DNA of 64,000 nt from a virus. Both the position numbers and the translations under genes were made by a program. The stretch lies in IMG/VR virus record IMGVR_UViG_3300046170_000299; one strand, 5' to 3'. The notes beneath the pieces are model-generated. The model did no database searches. It was given only the letters and a program-made list of their open reading frames with translations, and was not told the origin of the DNA. Shown piece by piece: positions 18,616 through 27,338 of this stretch (positions within the stretch are counted from its first letter, which is position 1; every line of letters begins with the position of its first letter).

Positions 18616-18842
18616 AACTATTAACGTTGGAAGATTATGAATTGGCAGGTCAAACATTCTGGCCAAAGTATTGGTACGTTTCCAAAGAACTTGGTGAAGG
18701 TGCTAAGACAGAAGACATTCTTAAATGTATGGAAGCTATCGGTGGTGTTGCACTGAAGTTAGCACTAGAAGAGAAGGGAGCAGGTCCATTTGGATTTTAT
18801 AAAAAAAAGGAGGGTGACGATGGCGACGTATCCAGTTATTAA
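18612..18842 (+). CDS. conserved hypothetical protein
   Basis: FWPKYWYVSKELGEGAKTEDILK; ATGA overlap. Confidence 0.75.
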   Translation: MKLLTLEDYELAGQTFWPKYWYVSKELGEGAKTEDILKCMEAIGGVALKLALEEKGAGPFGFYKKKEGDDGDVSSY

Positions 18843-19086
18843 TAAAGAGACTGGTGAACAAAAAGAAGTAAGACTTAGTGTTCACGAGTGGAGTCAGTGG
18901 AAAGATGACAATCCAGAATGGGACAGAGACTGGAGTGATCCCTCTACTTGCCCTGCCTCTGGTGAAGTGGGAGAATGGAGAGATAAGATGGCAAAGACCC
19001 ATCCTGGATGGAAAGACATTATGAAAAACAAAGTGATTCCTAAAGCACCTCGTAACAAAACCATTACCGATAAGTACAACTACTAA
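18820..19086 (+). CDS. conserved T4-like hypothetical protein (FmdB-like N-terminus)
   Basis: MATYPVINKETGEQKEV...WDRDWSDP; RBS GGAGG. Confidence 0.8.
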   Translation: MATYPVINKETGEQKEVRLSVHEWSQWKDDNPEWDRDWSDPSTCPASGEVGEWRDKMAKTHPGWKDIMKNKVIPKAPRNKTITDKYNY

Positions 19087-19088
19087 TT

Positions 19089-19841
19089 ATGCCTGTTAGA
19101 AAGAAGACAACTAAATCACCTGGTCAAGGGATGACTGCGAAGCAACGCAAGCGTCGTAAACCTATTGATGAAGCATACATGCTTCCTGTTGAACCCATCA
19201 CTGATAATCAAAAGATTTTCTTTGATGAGTGGGATAAAGGACAGATGTTATATGCATATGGTGTAGCAGGTACAGGTAAGACATTCATTGCACTGTACAA
19301 AGCACTTAAAGATGTACTGAATGAGTACACACCATACGATAAAATATACATTGTTAGATCTCTAGTAGCTACTAGGGAGATTGGTTTCTTACCTGGCGAC
19401 CATGAAGATAAGTCTTCTCTCTATCAAATTCCTTACAAGAACATGGTTCAATCCATGTTTGAGATGCCTGATGATGCATCATATGAAATGCTCTATGATA
19501 ATCTCAAGGCACAGGAAACTATCTCGTTCTGGTCCACTAGTTTCATACGTGGTACTACACTAGACAATGCAATCGTTATCATTGACGAGTGTCAGAACTT
19601 GAACTTCCACGAACTTGATTCAATCATCACTCGTGTTGGACAGGACAGTAAGATTATCTTCTGTGGTGATGCTGCACAGACTGACTTGCAAAAGATCAGT
19701 GAGCGTACAGGCATCATTGACTTCCAACGTATCTTACAGAACATGGAAGAGTTCTCACTGGTTGAATTCGGTGTAGAAGATATCGTTCGTTCTGGTCTTG
19801 TTAAATCTTATCTCATCAACAAAATCAATCTAGGTTTATGA
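19089..19841 (+). CDS. phoH: PhoH-family ATPase
   Basis: GVAGTGKT Walker A; IGFLPG, IRGTTLDN, IDECQN, CGDAAQTD. Confidence 0.97.
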   Translation: MPVRKKTTKSPGQGMTAKQRKRRKPIDEAYMLPVEPITDNQKIFFDEWDKGQMLYAYGVAGTGKTFIALYKALKDVLNEYTPYDKIYIVRSLVATREIGFLPGDHEDKSSLYQIPYKNMVQSMFEMPDDASYEMLYDNLKAQETISFWSTSFIRGTTLDNAIVIIDECQNLNFHELDSIITRVGQDSKIIFCGDAAQTDLQKISERTGIIDFQRILQNMEEFSLVEFGVEDIVRSGLVKSYLINKINLGL

Positions 19842-20536
19842 AATTGTTTAATCATGTAGGTGGCATTGAACCTATTGAAATGTCTGCTGAGATGGTCGAA
19901 GGAAAAAGACTTTATCTCACACCCGAAGGCATGAAATTTCCATCTGTCACCACTGTGATTGGTAACAATGCTAAAAAGATGGCGGGTATTGCCAAGTGGC
20001 GAGCTCGTGTTGGTGAGAAGGCAGCAAATGCCAAGTCCACTCGTGCTACTGGTCGTGGCACAAAGTATCATTTAGTTGCAGAAGATTATCTTAACAACGA
20101 TTTAGACTTAAAGAAATACAAATCACATCCCCTTCCTGTGCTGATGTTTCACCACAGTCGTCCTACTTTGGACCGTATAAATAATATTTACTTACAGGAA
20201 GCTGCGCTCTACTCTAAACATTTAGAATTAGCAGGGCGTGTAGATTGTATCGCTGAGTTTGATGGTGTGTTGTCTATTATTGACTTTAAGACAGCAGAAC
20301 AACCTAAGCGTGAAGAATATCTCTACGACTATTTCGTTCAAGAAACTGCATACGCATGTATGCTTCAAGAAAACTACGGGTTGAGTGTCAAACAACTCGT
20401 CACAATCGTTGCTTGTGAAAACGGAGAGACCCAAGTGAAGGTGCTTCCACCTAAGAAAGAATACTTCATCAAGTTGATGGGTTACATCGACGAATACCAA
20501 GAACGATATGGACAAAAAACAATTATTAGAGGATAA
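19838..20536 (+). CDS. PD-(D/E)XK exonuclease
   Basis: FPSVTTVI...RGTKYH...AGRVDCIAEFDGVLSIIDFKT...QETAYA. Confidence 0.9.
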   Translation: MKLFNHVGGIEPIEMSAEMVEGKRLYLTPEGMKFPSVTTVIGNNAKKMAGIAKWRARVGEKAANAKSTRATGRGTKYHLVAEDYLNNDLDLKKYKSHPLPVLMFHHSRPTLDRINNIYLQEAALYSKHLELAGRVDCIAEFDGVLSIIDFKTAEQPKREEYLYDYFVQETAYACMLQENYGLSVKQLVTIVACENGETQVKVLPPKKEYFIKLMGYIDEYQERYGQKTIIRG

Positions 20537-20762
20537 ATTTATGACCGCTGCGAGATTTTCGCAGGAAGTGGAGAAGATTGCATTACACAATCCATCAATG
20601 AATTATATTGATTCTGTTATTCACTACTGTGAGGAAAATGAAATCGAATTAGATAGTGTAAGTAAACTAATTAGTAAACCATTAAAAGAAAAGTTGCGTC
20701 ATGATGCACAGCAACTCAACTTCATGAAAAAAACAAGTCGTGCCAAGTTAATGTTAGTATGA
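20508..20762 (+). CDS. gp33: late-promoter transcription coactivator
   Basis: FSQEVEKI...YIDSVIHYCEENEIE...LISKPLKEKL; conserved position before gp32. Confidence 0.9.
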   Translation: MDKKQLLEDKFMTAARFSQEVEKIALHNPSMNYIDSVIHYCEENEIELDSVSKLISKPLKEKLRHDAQQLNFMKKTSRAKLMLV

Positions 20763-21094
20763 GCTTCTTTAAATCTGATATAGTTAGAGGTGACATCCAA
20801 GAAATGTTGGAGCTCCAGCAGTTCTGTTTTAGATCCGCTATGAATTTTGTTCTTCTTGAAGACGAAAGGAAGATGGATTATTTTGATGCACTTGAAACTC
20901 TCATTGAAAAACAAAAGATCTTTTATGCTCGTGCTAAACTGAGTGATGATCCCGAAGCTAAATCGGTCATCGAGACCATGAAGCAGGGGGTTGTCATGCT
21001 AGGAGCTACACCTGACACGTCCATCGAATCCATGTTTGATGAACTATTGTTAAAGGTTCAACGCATGAAGCAACAATTAGAGGCAGGGGGTTGA
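20759..21094 (+). CDS. conserved cyanophage protein (DUF1825-like)
   Basis: MSFFKSDIV...LIEKQKIFYARAKLSDDPEA. Confidence 0.8.
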   Translation: MSFFKSDIVRGDIQEMLELQQFCFRSAMNFVLLEDERKMDYFDALETLIEKQKIFYARAKLSDDPEAKSVIETMKQGVVMLGATPDTSIESMFDELLLKVQRMKQQLEAGG

Positions 21095-21119
21095 CGCCCG
21101 TCCCCTTGCCTGTTATTAT
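21091..21119 (+). promoter_or_regulatory. sigma70-type promoter for gp32
   Basis: TTGACG-17-TATTAT. Confidence 0.75.
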
Positions 21120-21192
21120 GTTCAAGTGATGAGGGCACCATTGGGTTCCAACCCAATACACAAACCAAATCCGATTAAATCCGAGGTAATCT

Positions 21193-22113
21193 ATGTCATT
21201 CGCAGACTTAAAGCGTAAATCTCAGAACAACTTCTCCTACCTTCAGAAGGAACTTGAGAAGTCATCCAGCGGTAAGAACGTTGATGATAGGTTCTGGAAA
21301 CCAGAAGTTGACGCTGCTGGTAACGGATATGCCGTTATCAGATTCCTTCCTGCCCCTGATGGTGAAACCATCCCATGGGCAAAGGTGTACTCCCATGCCT
21401 TCCAAGGTATTGGTGGTTGGTACATTGAAAACTCCTTAACTACACTCAACGAAAAGGATCCCGTTGGTGAAGTGAACCGCCGTCTCTGGAACAGCGGTGC
21501 TGATGAGGACAAAGAGACTGCACGTAAGCAGAAGCGTAAGCTTTCTTACTACAGTAACATCTATGTTGTAAAGGATCCTAAGCACCCTGAGAACGAGGGT
21601 AAGACATTCTTGTATAAGTATGGCAAGAAGATCCATGACAAGATCCTTGCTGCCATGCAACCCGAGTTCCAAGATGAGACACCAGTAAATGTCTTTGATC
21701 TTTGGGAAGGTGCTAACTTCAAATTGAAGATCAAAAAAGTAGCAGGGTACTGGAACTATGATAGCTCTGAGTTTGATAGTGTTAGTGCTTTGTCTGCAGA
21801 CGATGATGAACTTGAAGCAACGTGGAAAAAAGAATACTCACTAGAGTCATTCACTTCCAAAGAGCAGTTCAAATCATACGAAGATCTTGAGCGTCGTTTG
21901 AATCTTGTGCTAGGTATCAGCGCACGTCCTGCTCCCCGTCCAGTTGATGAGTCCTTCGAGGATGAGTCTGAAGGTCGTGGTAGTTTCAACGCCCCTCCTT
22001 TAGTCGTTGACAATCAACTGGTTGATGGTCACCATCGTTCTCCTGTCAAGCAGGAAGCAGTTGTAGATGACGATGATGCCCTGTCCTACTTCGCACGTCT
22101 TGCTGAGGAGTAA
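21193..22113 (+). CDS. gp32: single-stranded DNA-binding protein
   Basis: DDRFWKPEVD..GNGYAVIRFLP...WYIENSLTT...KYGKKI...acidic tail DDDDALSYFARLAEE. Confidence 0.97.
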   Translation: MSFADLKRKSQNNFSYLQKELEKSSSGKNVDDRFWKPEVDAAGNGYAVIRFLPAPDGETIPWAKVYSHAFQGIGGWYIENSLTTLNEKDPVGEVNRRLWNSGADEDKETARKQKRKLSYYSNIYVVKDPKHPENEGKTFLYKYGKKIHDKILAAMQPEFQDETPVNVFDLWEGANFKLKIKKVAGYWNYDSSEFDSVSALSADDDELEATWKKEYSLESFTSKEQFKSYEDLERRLNLVLGISARPAPRPVDESFEDESEGRGSFNAPPLVVDNQLVDGHHRSPVKQEAVVDDDDALSYFARLAEE

Positions 22114-22114
22114 T

Positions 22115-22273
22115 ATGGGAGCTGAATTCTTGGCAATGCCTGACACTCTAGCGATGCTAGATGGAGCAGTTGGAGCATGGAATTCTATGAGCTACGGGGA
22201 GGGGTTTCTCTTCTCCCTTTGGGTCGTAGGAATGTATTACATCAAACTTCGTATGGATAAATTCATTAAGTGA
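22115..22273 (+). CDS. small membrane protein
   Basis: AWNSMSYGEGFLFSLWVVGMYYIKLRMD. Confidence 0.7.
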   Translation: MGAEFLAMPDTLAMLDGAVGAWNSMSYGEGFLFSLWVVGMYYIKLRMDKFIK

Positions 22274-22464
22274 AGAAAGTGTTTGAGGTTCTCTTTCATC
22301 CAGTTACAGTTTTAAACTTAACTTTTGTTGGATCCTTAGGATTGATTCAGGTAGTCCACACCAAAGCACACCTTACTATAGAAACAGATGTTCATGGTCA
22401 TGTGCATCGAGCACTGAAAAAGAATCCAGAGTTGGCACGATCAGCTTGTTATGAACTTAACTAA
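22270..22464 (+). CDS. small hypothetical protein (GTG start)
   Basis: FHPVTVLNLTFVGSLGLIQVVHT; GTGA overlap. Confidence 0.7.
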   Translation: MKKVFEVLFHPVTVLNLTFVGSLGLIQVVHTKAHLTIETDVHGHVHRALKKNPELARSACYELN

Positions 22465-22592
22465 TGAAGAAAAAAGAAATGATCGAGGCACTACAAAAGC
22501 GTCTCGATCAGGTGGAGGCAGACAACCTAGTTCTCCTCACACGAATAGCAAAACTAGAGACGAAATTCGATAATCAAATCTGTGAAAAGTGA
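22464..22592 (+). CDS. 42-aa coiled-coil microprotein
   Basis: MKKKEMIEALQKRLDQVEADNLVLLTRIAKLETKFDNQICEK; TAATG-coupled. Confidence 0.55.
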   Translation: MKKKEMIEALQKRLDQVEADNLVLLTRIAKLETKFDNQICEK

Positions 22593-22628
22593 AAAAAATT
22601 CTCCGCCAATTTTTTGGTGAAAAAAGTC
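22592..22628. repeat. phased A/T-tract motif, copy 1
   Basis: AAAAAAATTCTCCGCCAATTTTTTGGTGAAAAAAGTC, similar to 26378-26412. Confidence 0.55.
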
Positions 22629-23259
22629 AACCAGTTTTCTTTAGACGCTGACTAATATAGTTGGTGTCTTTTTTGTATAGATTTTGTTTTCTGAAATCAT
22701 CTACAAAAGATTGTAAGTATTGTTTTTTAAGAAGATATATTTCTCTCTTCTTATCATTTTCTTCTTGATAATATTCTGCAACGGTAATGGGACTACAAAT
22801 CTCATTGCCGTTTTTTAATGTCATGGCACCATTGATATTTAATTTATGCTGTCCATTGTAAAATGTTTGATCAACATGCAAACCAGCAGCATAGTGTCCT
22901 ATCGATTGTTTGATTTCGTAATGATTGATCTGACTATATGGATCATCAAATTCTTGCTCTAATACTCTATAGAGTTCATAGTTATTCATTGGCCAATCAT
23001 ACTGTGCATTGACCATGTTGTTAGTCAAAAGAATTACCCAATCATAAAATTGATTTCCGTAAAAATTCCTAGCTAAAATATCTGGACGTTCTCCATCTTT
23101 GATTGCATACTTTTTAAAGTAAACAACATTAGAAAAGATATCATCATTGATTTTATATCTACGAAAAAAATTCTTCGCGACTGTAAAATCTGATGTTGAA
23201 AAAGGAGAGTTGATTGGTTTCTCGTCGTAAGCGAGATCTGGTATGATTGAAAAATACAT
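22627..23259 (-). CDS. gp53: baseplate wedge subunit
   Basis: MYFS..PD..Y...KNFFRR...GERPDILA..FYGNQFYDWVILLTN. Confidence 0.92.
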   Translation of the reverse strand: MYFSIIPDLAYDEKPINSPFSTSDFTVAKNFFRRYKINDDIFSNVVYFKKYAIKDGERPDILARNFYGNQFYDWVILLTNNMVNAQYDWPMNNYELYRVLEQEFDDPYSQINHYEIKQSIGHYAAGLHVDQTFYNGQHKLNINGAMTLKNGNEICSPITVAEYYQEENDKKREIYLLKKQYLQSFVDDFRKQNLYKKDTNYISQRLKKTG

Positions 23260-24419
23260 TATCGAACAGAACCTGAGATAACTTCTTCTGCAAAGTTGAT
23301 TTTTGTTTCTTGAAAATTAAGTGTTAATTCGATGGCAACAGGTTGACCATCATCTCTATATGTAGCATATGCTCCATCAGGAGTGTAATTTACACTTACT
23401 TCAGTAACAGCTAACATTTTATATCTTGGAAGAACTTGATGTTCATTTGCTCCACGCATAAAAGAAACTCTACAAAGATTTGGTACACCAATAAACGCAG
23501 ATACAATTCCCTCGTTTACCATTTTGTCTGGATCATTAAATCCCATTACTTGTCCAGGATCACGGCGTGGTAAAGTACATGCTTTAAATATTTGTACAAT
23601 TCGATTAATCTCTGTAGATTCACCCGCATTTCTTGGAACTAATTTGAATTTTAAAGCAAAGTTTCTCATGTCAACACTTTGGAACATCAATTCAGTATTG
23701 GGATTCATGATTGCCCCTGATATGCCACCAAAAATATCATCTTTAGTAAGTGAATCACCACCAGCTGCTTTAACACTTTTCTGTAAAATTGCAGCAGCTG
23801 TTAGACCAAGAGCTCTTTGCGCTGCACCACTAAGTGTACCAAAACCCCCAGCAATTTTGTTTAATGCCCCTGCCTGACCTGCCGATGTTAAAATACCTGC
23901 ACCAGTCGTACTGAATGCTTTACCACCCCAATTACCTCTAAAACCAGTAGAAATATCTTCTGGCATATACATTATGATAGATGGATAATCCTCTCCAGCA
24001 TCGTCATAATCTTGAACTTGATTGTAATCAATTTCCTGATTAAAGTAACTTCCTAAATTATCCTCTTTAACGTTTAATGATGGAACATCATTTTGAAATG
24101 AATTCACACCAAACCCACCCAATCTTGTACCCGATTGTATACCCGTTCTATTTCTTTGTCTAAAAGGTGGATTGTATTTTTTAAATTGAAACAATACATA
24201 ATCACTATTCTCACCAATAGTCTGAGAATTTGGATATTTTAGAATACCAGAAGATGAATAATTTTGATCTGGTTTATCAAATGATCCGAGTCTAGTTAAA
24301 GCCTCGAATTCTGAAGGAGTCACACCTGCAGCTGCCGCTTCCGCCTTCGCGCCATCGATTTCTGCCTGAGACTTCTTTTGCTGTTCATCAAGTTGTCCTC
24401 CTGTTCCTCCCCAAGCCAT
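23259..24419 (-). CDS. gp48: baseplate tail-tube cap
   Basis: IIMYMPEDIS...GAIMNPNTELMFQSVDMRNF..KFKLVPRN..ES..I...IELTLNFQE. Confidence 0.9.
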   Translation of the reverse strand: MAWGGTGGQLDEQQKKSQAEIDGAKAEAAAAGVTPSEFEALTRLGSFDKPDQNYSSSGILKYPNSQTIGENSDYVLFQFKKYNPPFRQRNRTGIQSGTRLGGFGVNSFQNDVPSLNVKEDNLGSYFNQEIDYNQVQDYDDAGEDYPSIIMYMPEDISTGFRGNWGGKAFSTTGAGILTSAGQAGALNKIAGGFGTLSGAAQRALGLTAAAILQKSVKAAGGDSLTKDDIFGGISGAIMNPNTELMFQSVDMRNFALKFKLVPRNAGESTEINRIVQIFKACTLPRRDPGQVMGFNDPDKMVNEGIVSAFIGVPNLCRVSFMRGANEHQVLPRYKMLAVTEVSVNYTPDGAYATYRDDGQPVAIELTLNFQETKINFAEEVISGSVR

Positions 24420-25108
24420 TATTTTGCCATCTCCTTAGATTGTGGTGTTCCGTATCCTTTCACTAGTCTTTGACCTCGGATTTTATCATAGAAGTTCTCA
24501 TCAGTATCTTTCCATACTTCAGATTTATCTATTGGAAATACCATGCCATTAACATTTTTTACAAAATCTTCTGTTGGTAATAGGATTGCAGTATCCCATT
24601 CACTTGAAGATAGATCTAGGTATAACCCTTCTACATGTGGACTTAGGTATTTATGGAAACATCTCTTAGGAATGTCAATTCTTCCTTGCATTAATTTTTT
24701 AGTAGCTATAATTCTCTTCTTTGGTGACAAGTAATGTAGGTTAGCACCCCAAAATTCAGTTTTACCTGCTGCTTTGATTACATACACTAAAGGAAACCTA
24801 TCATAGTAAGGAAGATACTTCATCTTTGCCTTATACTCAAACATATAAAGGTGTCCTGCTACTGTGTATCGACGCAATTCATTTGCATCTTGTTCATCAG
24901 CAGCGCCTACTCTGTCACTCTTTTCATTTAATATATACTTACTAAAATTTTTCTTATAACTACTAGCTTCTGATTTCACTGCATTTCTATACCATGCAAG
25001 TGATTTTTTTTCTCCGTTTGTTTTAGCGGAGACTTTTTCAAATAATGTTTTGTATCCTGGTTCTTTATTTACGTTGTTGCGCTGTATAGCGGCGAATCCT
25101 GTTGTCAT
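24419..25108 (-). CDS. gp2: DNA end protector protein
   Basis: GHLYMFEYKAKMKYLPYYDRFPLV...FWGANLHYL. Confidence 0.92.
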   Translation of the reverse strand: MTTGFAAIQRNNVNKEPGYKTLFEKVSAKTNGEKKSLAWYRNAVKSEASSYKKNFSKYILNEKSDRVGAADEQDANELRRYTVAGHLYMFEYKAKMKYLPYYDRFPLVYVIKAAGKTEFWGANLHYLSPKKRIIATKKLMQGRIDIPKRCFHKYLSPHVEGLYLDLSSSEWDTAILLPTEDFVKNVNGMVFPIDKSEVWKDTDENFYDKIRGQRLVKGYGTPQSKEMAK

Positions 25109-25111
25109 TTG

Positions 25112-25543
25112 TCATACTCCTAAATGATCCTCGGTTAATATTAAGAAGTTCATCTGCCTATCTTCACAATATTCACGAGCAGCAGACCATTTAGTTTGGT
25201 TCTTTGCGTATGTTAATACAGCATTACGATATGAGGCAGTTCGTTTATTTTTCTCATTCGGTGGTTGTGTTTGTTTTTTGGGTTTTACTTCAATAATATA
25301 CTTCGCAAGATTACCAGACTTTTCACGAACTTTGATATAAAAGTCTGGATAGTATCGCCTCACCTTACCATCAGGAGCTCTGTATGGTATAATAATCTCT
25401 TCACTTCCCCACTGTAATATTGAAGGGTTATTGTCACAGAACACCATGAACTTACGTTCCCATAGCGACCTGTAAACAACGTTTGTCGGGTTGCCACGGT
25501 ACTTCTGAGGGTTTTTAGGTTTAAAATACCCAGAGTACGCCAT
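25112..25543 (-). CDS. gp4: head completion nuclease
   Basis: MAYSGYFKPKNPQKYRG...YRSLWER...WGSEE...RRYYPDF...IEVKP. Confidence 0.95.
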   Translation of the reverse strand: MAYSGYFKPKNPQKYRGNPTNVVYRSLWERKFMVFCDNNPSILQWGSEEIIIPYRAPDGKVRRYYPDFYIKVREKSGNLAKYIIEVKPKKQTQPPNEKNKRTASYRNAVLTYAKNQTKWSAAREYCEDRQMNFLILTEDHLGV

Positions 25544-25574
25544 AAATATAAATGATCCAACATAGGTATTTAGC

Positions 25575-26342
25575 GTGGCAGCGGGAATTACTTCATTTTT
25601 ATCTCAGGTCAGTCGTCAAGGCGGATTCTCGTTTAGTAATAATTTTCTGGTGGAAATAAAATCTTCTCAGGAGGGTGCTAACCCATCTGATCTATTCGAT
25701 CCTAATTTGTTAGAGATCTTTTGTGAAGAAGCACAACTGCCTAACTCAAATACTGCAACTGGAACACAAATTGGATTAGTCACTGGTCTTGGTTCTGTAG
25801 ATTATCCACACACAAGAGTGTTTACAGAATTTTCTCTTACATTTATGCTAGATGCTAACTTAAATATTTTGAAAAGTTTGAATGAATGGTATTATGGTAT
25901 TATTGGTCAAGAGAATAATGTCTCAGGAGGAATTCCAATATCTCCTGATAGAGTGATGAGAGTCGGTTACAAAGATGACTATGTGTGTGACATTTATATT
26001 ACAAAGACAGAGGCTGGAAAAGATTCTTCTACTGAGAGAAAACCATTGACTTATGTCATGGAGAAAGCATGGCCATACCAAATTGATGCTATCCCACTTC
26101 AATTTGGATCCTCTCAAATAACAAAAGTAACTGCACAATTTAAATACGAAAGACATTATACTATAGCAAGAGATATTAGATCAGCTCCTCAAATTACTAA
26201 AGGTGATGGATTGGGTCCCTATGAAAGTGTTACTCCTCTTACAGATGAGCAACGATTAGAGAACTTTAAGAGGGAAGTAGCTGTGACTGGTAATAGAAAT
26301 CTTGCGAGACGAATGGTGAATGCCTTCCCCATGGATCAGTAG
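25575..26342 (+). CDS. tail-tube-fold baseplate protein (gp54/gp19-like tube initiator)
   Basis: CEEAQLPN...FSLTFMLD..LNI...WY...EKAWPYQI..I.LQFG...KVTAQFKYE. Confidence 0.75.
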   Translation: MAAGITSFLSQVSRQGGFSFSNNFLVEIKSSQEGANPSDLFDPNLLEIFCEEAQLPNSNTATGTQIGLVTGLGSVDYPHTRVFTEFSLTFMLDANLNILKSLNEWYYGIIGQENNVSGGIPISPDRVMRVGYKDDYVCDIYITKTEAGKDSSTERKPLTYVMEKAWPYQIDAIPLQFGSSQITKVTAQFKYERHYTIARDIRSAPQITKGDGLGPYESVTPLTDEQRLENFKREVAVTGNRNLARRMVNAFPMDQ

Positions 26343-26377
26343 GGTCAAATCGCAATTTTCAATTCCATGAAAGTGGG

Positions 26378-26412
26378 AAAAAAATTCCCGATATTTTTCG
26401 TCTGAAAAAGTC
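26378..26412. repeat. phased A/T-tract motif, copy 2
   Basis: AAAAAAATTCCCGATATTTTTCGTCTGAAAAAGTC, directly before a late promoter. Confidence 0.55.
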
Positions 26413-26418
26413 GCTAAA

Positions 26419-26426
26419 TATAAATA
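26419..26426 (+). promoter_or_regulatory. late promoter TATAAATA
   Basis: Perfect T4 late consensus 20 nt upstream of gp26. Confidence 0.8.
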
Positions 26427-26445
26427 TGACCTTGGAGTTAATATA

Positions 26446-27159
26446 ATGGCGTTGCCACAAGTTGTTCTCCCAACTTATGAGTTGGAAATTCCTTCTAATG
26501 GGAAAAAATTGAGATATCGTCCTTTTGTTGTAAAAGAAGAAAAGGTACTTCTAATAGCTTTAGAAACTCAGGATGAAAAAGAAATTGAAAAAGCTGTCAA
26601 ATTTCTCTTAAAGGGTTGTATTCAGTCAAGAATTAAACTTGAGGATTTAGCAATGTTTGATTTGGAATATATTTTCCTTCAAATTCGTGCTGTATCTGTT
26701 GGTGAAATTGTACAGATGAATGTAACTTGTAAAGATGATGAAAAAACGCAAGTTAAGTATAATCTGAATCTGACTGAGGTTAAGGTTAACAAACCAGAAG
26801 GACATGACTCTAAAATCATGCTAAATGATGAACTTGGTGTTATTATGAAGTATCCTTCTTGGACTGAATTCATTAGTGGATCTATTATGGGTCAAACTCC
26901 ATCTACAGATGGTATAGTTGAAATTATTGCTGAATGTATTGATCAGATCTTTGATAAAGAGGATGTATATGACAAATCTACTACTACTAAAAAAGAATTT
27001 GTCCAATTTGTAGAAGGATTGACCAATACTCAATTTGAAAAAATTCAAAAGTTTTTTGAGTCTACTCCTAGATTAGAACATACATTTACGGTTACAAATC
27101 CAGAGACAGGAGTTGAATCTGAGTTTTTAATTAATGGATTAACTAATTTTTTCGGATAG
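26446..27159 (+). CDS. gp26: baseplate hub assembly chaperone
   Basis: MALPQVVLPTYELEIPS..KLRYRPFVVKEEKVLLIALE...FDLEYIFLQIRAVSVGE...ends LTNFFG. Confidence 0.92.
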   Translation: MALPQVVLPTYELEIPSNGKKLRYRPFVVKEEKVLLIALETQDEKEIEKAVKFLLKGCIQSRIKLEDLAMFDLEYIFLQIRAVSVGEIVQMNVTCKDDEKTQVKYNLNLTEVKVNKPEGHDSKIMLNDELGVIMKYPSWTEFISGSIMGQTPSTDGIVEIIAECIDQIFDKEDVYDKSTTTKKEFVQFVEGLTNTQFEKIQKFFESTPRLEHTFTVTNPETGVESEFLINGLTNFFG

Positions 27160-27184
27160 CCCTCTTCCATAACACGCTAGAGGG
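27147..27184 (+). other. candidate -1 ribosomal frameshift signal
   Basis: Heptamer T_TTT_TTC (27147-27153), 6-nt spacer, then stem CCCTCT/AGAGGG (27160-27165/27179-27184). Confidence 0.65.
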
Positions 27185-27338
27185 ATACTACAAAACTAAC
27201 TTTGCTTTGATGCATCATCATAAATACTCTTTGACTGAGATTGAAAATATGATGCCATGGGAGAGACAGGTATATACTAGTCTCTTAATGCAACATCTAG
27301 ATAATGTCAAAAAAGCACAAGAAGCTAAGCAAAAATAA
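27147..27338 (+). CDS. gp51: baseplate hub assembly protein; -1 frame relative to gp26 (first ATG at 27210 gives only 42 aa)
   Basis: FFRIALFHNTLEGYYKTNFALMHHHKYSLTEIENMMPWERQVYTSLLMQHL; YSL.EIENM.PWER is the gp51 signature. Confidence 0.85.
   Translation, partial: FFRIALFHNTLEGYYKTNFALMHHHKYSLTEIENMMPWERQVYTSLLMQHLDNVKKAQEAKQK

Noticed and set aside
19838-20536. Cas4-like nuclease as evidence of a CRISPR system
   Set aside because: Standard core PD-(D/E)XK exonuclease in the conserved phoH-exo-gp33 block, with no other cas genes.
21985-22050. ParB-like LVDGHHR motif and two short palindromes in the gp32 C-terminal tail
   Set aside because: It lies in the variable, disordered linker with no surrounding ParB fold; likely chance or local compensating read errors.
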